A stretch of 64,000 bases of DNA from an uncultured Spirochaetales bacterium (GTDB taxonomy: Bacteria > Spirochaetota > Spirochaetia > JAFGXN01), in assembly GCA_949289575.1 (NCBI GenBank), contig CASEOG010000001.1, positions 105,730 to 169,729 on the forward strand, written 5' to 3'. The notes beneath the pieces are model-generated. The model ran no database searches. It saw only the letters and a program-made list of their open reading frames with translations, and had not been told where the DNA came from. The position numbers were made by a program, and so were the translations under genes. Every line of letters starts with the position of its first letter. Position 1 is the stretch's first letter. This document shows, in pieces, positions 61,906 through 64,000 of this stretch.

Positions 61906-64000
61906 TGCAATGCTCCTACCTGACTGTAACTGTAATTTGTGAATCCGGAAGCACCCGACCGTTTAACGGAATAGGCGGTTGAGGTGTTGATACCGGGATT
62001 TTCCGAAACTACGGTACCGAAACCATATTCGTCACCGACCCAACCGATATATTCATAAGACCGCCAGTCGGAATAATCGCCGGCAACAACCGGACCTGGC
62101 TTCCCCGATGCCGCATTGATATAGGTCAGTGCCTGATCCCAATCCGAGACACCGGACACATTGTTTTTGGCCCAGATCTGAAGTTCGCCCGGATAGACTC
62201 CTGTCACCGTAATATTGCCCGGCTGTTTATCGACCGCATTGGCATCGGTATTATTATACCCTTTTGCCAGCCACTTGTCGGACGATGAGGAAAAAGAGAG
62301 ATACAAACCGACTCCTTTTTTAAATCCGCTCGATCCCCAATTACCCGATCTGGAAAAATACAAATGAAACAAAATTCCGTCTACCGAAACGGCGTTGTTA
62401 GAATCTTTGTAACCGGCAAACTTATAGACCTGATACTTATCGTTCTCTCCCAAATCCCAGTAACCTCGGGCGCTCCACATAACGGTGTTTTCCGCATTAC
62501 TGTATTCGGAACGGTAAGAACCGCCCCAGTTATATTGTGTCTTTCTGTCGGGTTGAATCGTTCCCTGTCCTTTCATCATCGTCTGCATCACCAGTTTAAT
62601 CCATTTCGTATCGGACAGTTTAATGGCACCGGCCTGTTCTGCGCTCGCGGGGCAGTCGACCGTTGCCAGCACGCTACTGTTATTGGTAAACACGATCTGT
62701 GGAATGACACGGAATGTATAATTGCCGGGTGTCAAAGTCGAATAGTCGAACGAAAGTCCGGTAAACGACTTCGCATCGGAAAACGAAGAACCGGTCGGGG
62801 TTTTGACCTGCAGGCGGTAACGGCCCGCCCCCGGGGCCGTCGTCCACGACACCGGGATATGGGTTTCGCTGGTCTGCGTGTCGACAGTGAGTACCGGTAT
62901 CTCTTCGGGAATAAAGGCCGCCCGGACAAAACTGTTCTCCGATTCGTTGTTCTCCGTTTCAATACCGTCAGCCGACGGATTGATTTTGTAGAAATAACCA
63001 CCGGGAGCGGTTGCCGTAGTATCTTCAAAAGTATGCCCGGATCCGTCCCCGTTTCGCGACACCGTTCCGATGTATGATCCCCAGGAGGTACTGTCTCCGC
63101 CACCATCGGTAAATGCCAGTCTGCCGGTCCGATAAACCAGATAGGTTTTGATGTTCGGATCGGATGTCCCCGCCCACGAAATTATCACGGGAGAAGAGAT
63201 AGAACCATCTTTCCATTTCCCGTGAGTGACCCGAATCTCCTGCGGCAATTCCAACAGGCTGGCACCGCTTTTTATCAGCTTGGTTCCGACCGTTTCGGAC
63301 GGTACAGTATCCACGGCAGTGCCGCCCATCTTCTTATATTGGGCAACCGCCTGAATATAAATTTCTTTTGCCAAAACGGTACCGACCAGTTTATCGATAG
63401 CGTTTGAAAGATCCAGCGTGTAAGATCCGGATCCGTTATCTTTCACGGAAACACCGTCACTGACTTCGAGATAAGGACCGGCCTCCTCTTCGGACGTTTT
63501 GACAGCGAAAGTAACCGTAGCTCCGCCCATTTCTCCCGTCACGGTTACCGGAATTTCGCAGACTCCGGCATAAGACTTGACATTGTTTCTGTCAATCACT
63601 GCCGACGGATAGACAAAGCCGTCTTTCATATCTCCGCTCTGGGGATGATTCTGACCGACAATACCGCCTTCCCCAATCGGTGTAATCTTGTAAGTATACT
63701 TGACTCCCTGTCGGGAGGGAACATGCATAAAATAATAGACATTTTTACCGCTCTCCGAGTCGCTGATAGCGGCAATATCGGGAGTAAAGGCCTCGGCAAC
63801 CAGATCCCAGGAGCCGGATGACGATGTCGGCCGGTACTGTATCTGATAAGAAGGGATCTTCGAATCGGCTTCGATTTTCAGCAAAATTCCCAGTTTATTG
63901 GCAGGAACAATGGTCGTACTGCCCTCCTTCACTTCCGAAAACGATCCCTGTGAGACTGACAAAAGGTTGGCGTATGCTGTGTAAAGCGGGCTGGAAAGCG
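61902..64000 (-). CDS. FN3-like repeat protein, 5'-truncated by the window edge; paralog of 56155-58551
   Basis: Shared blocks SPV..W...SD..I..Y..YRT.RL.F..G, YKINP.AD..ET.NN, GA..L....W...VM.T...GQ, G..TV.G.YPG.L..W..N; ATGA overlap with the next gene. Confidence 0.8.
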   Translation of the reverse strand, partial: LSSPLYTAYANLLSVSQGSFSEVKEGSTTIVPANKLGILLKIEADSKIPSYQIQYRPTSSSGSWDLVAEAFTPDIAAISDSESGKNVYYFMHVPSRQGVKYTYKITPIGEGGIVGQNHPQSGDMKDGFVYPSAVIDRNNVKSYAGVCEIPVTVTGEMGGATVTFAVKTSEEEAGPYLEVSDGVSVKDNGSGSYTLDLSNAIDKLVGTVLAKEIYIQAVAQYKKMGGTAVDTVPSETVGTKLIKSGASLLELPQEIRVTHGKWKDGSISSPVIISWAGTSDPNIKTYLVYRTGRLAFTDGGGDSTSWGSYIGTVSRNGDGSGHTFEDTTATAPGGYFYKINPSADGIETENNESENSFVRAAFIPEEIPVLTVDTQTSETHIPVSWTTAPGAGRYRLQVKTPTGSSFSDAKSFTGLSFDYSTLTPGNYTFRVIPQIVFTNNSSVLATVDCPASAEQAGAIKLSDTKWIKLVMQTMMKGQGTIQPDRKTQYNWGGSYRSEYSNAENTVMWSARGYWDLGENDKYQVYKFAGYKDSNNAVSVDGILFHLYFSRSGNWGSSGFKKGVGLYLSFSSSSDKWLAKGYNNTDANAVDKQPGNITVTGVYPGELQIWAKNNVSGVSDWDQALTYINAASGKPGPVVAGDYSDWRSYEYIGWVGDEYGFGTVVSENPGINTSTAYSVKRSGASGFTNYSYSQVGALQ

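Overview
A 64 kb chromosomal window from a spirochaete. The assignment rests on gene orders I recognise from Borrelia/Treponema (murC-yicC-archaeal-type cmk-rpoZ-miaA, murD next to femX-metG, tig-clpP-clpX) and on many spirochaetal-type lipoprotein signal peptides. Housekeeping content includes fba, dCMP deaminase, tyrA, murC/murD, an ABC-F ATPase, mdh, a pstCAB-phoU-phoB-phoR-pstS operon with a Pho-box-like repeat, rarA, five tRNAs, argF, a TPP-riboswitch-controlled thiSGHFEC operon, rpmB, metG and dus. Two accessory surface-lipoprotein clusters are present: Big_2+LRR proteins with an M30-like peptidase (14-23 kb) and FN3-like proteins (56-64 kb). The strongest unexplained signals are: (1) a small gene missed by the ORF track (24192-24453, minus strand) with a consensus promoter and RBS, whose signal peptide contains a (CT)7 tract; it is currently out of frame, but +1 repeat gives an acidic (SGSEGEN)5 lipoprotein and -1 repeat gives a basic (PAAKAKT)5 membrane peptide; (2) a DtxR/MntR-like palindromic site shared by two unlinked lipoprotein loci; (3) about eight genes with leaderless promoter architecture; (4) an orphan single-TRD HsdS-like gene behind a leader terminator. 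No integrase, transposase, phage gene or CRISPR array was seen. All family assignments come from motif recognition, not database searches.
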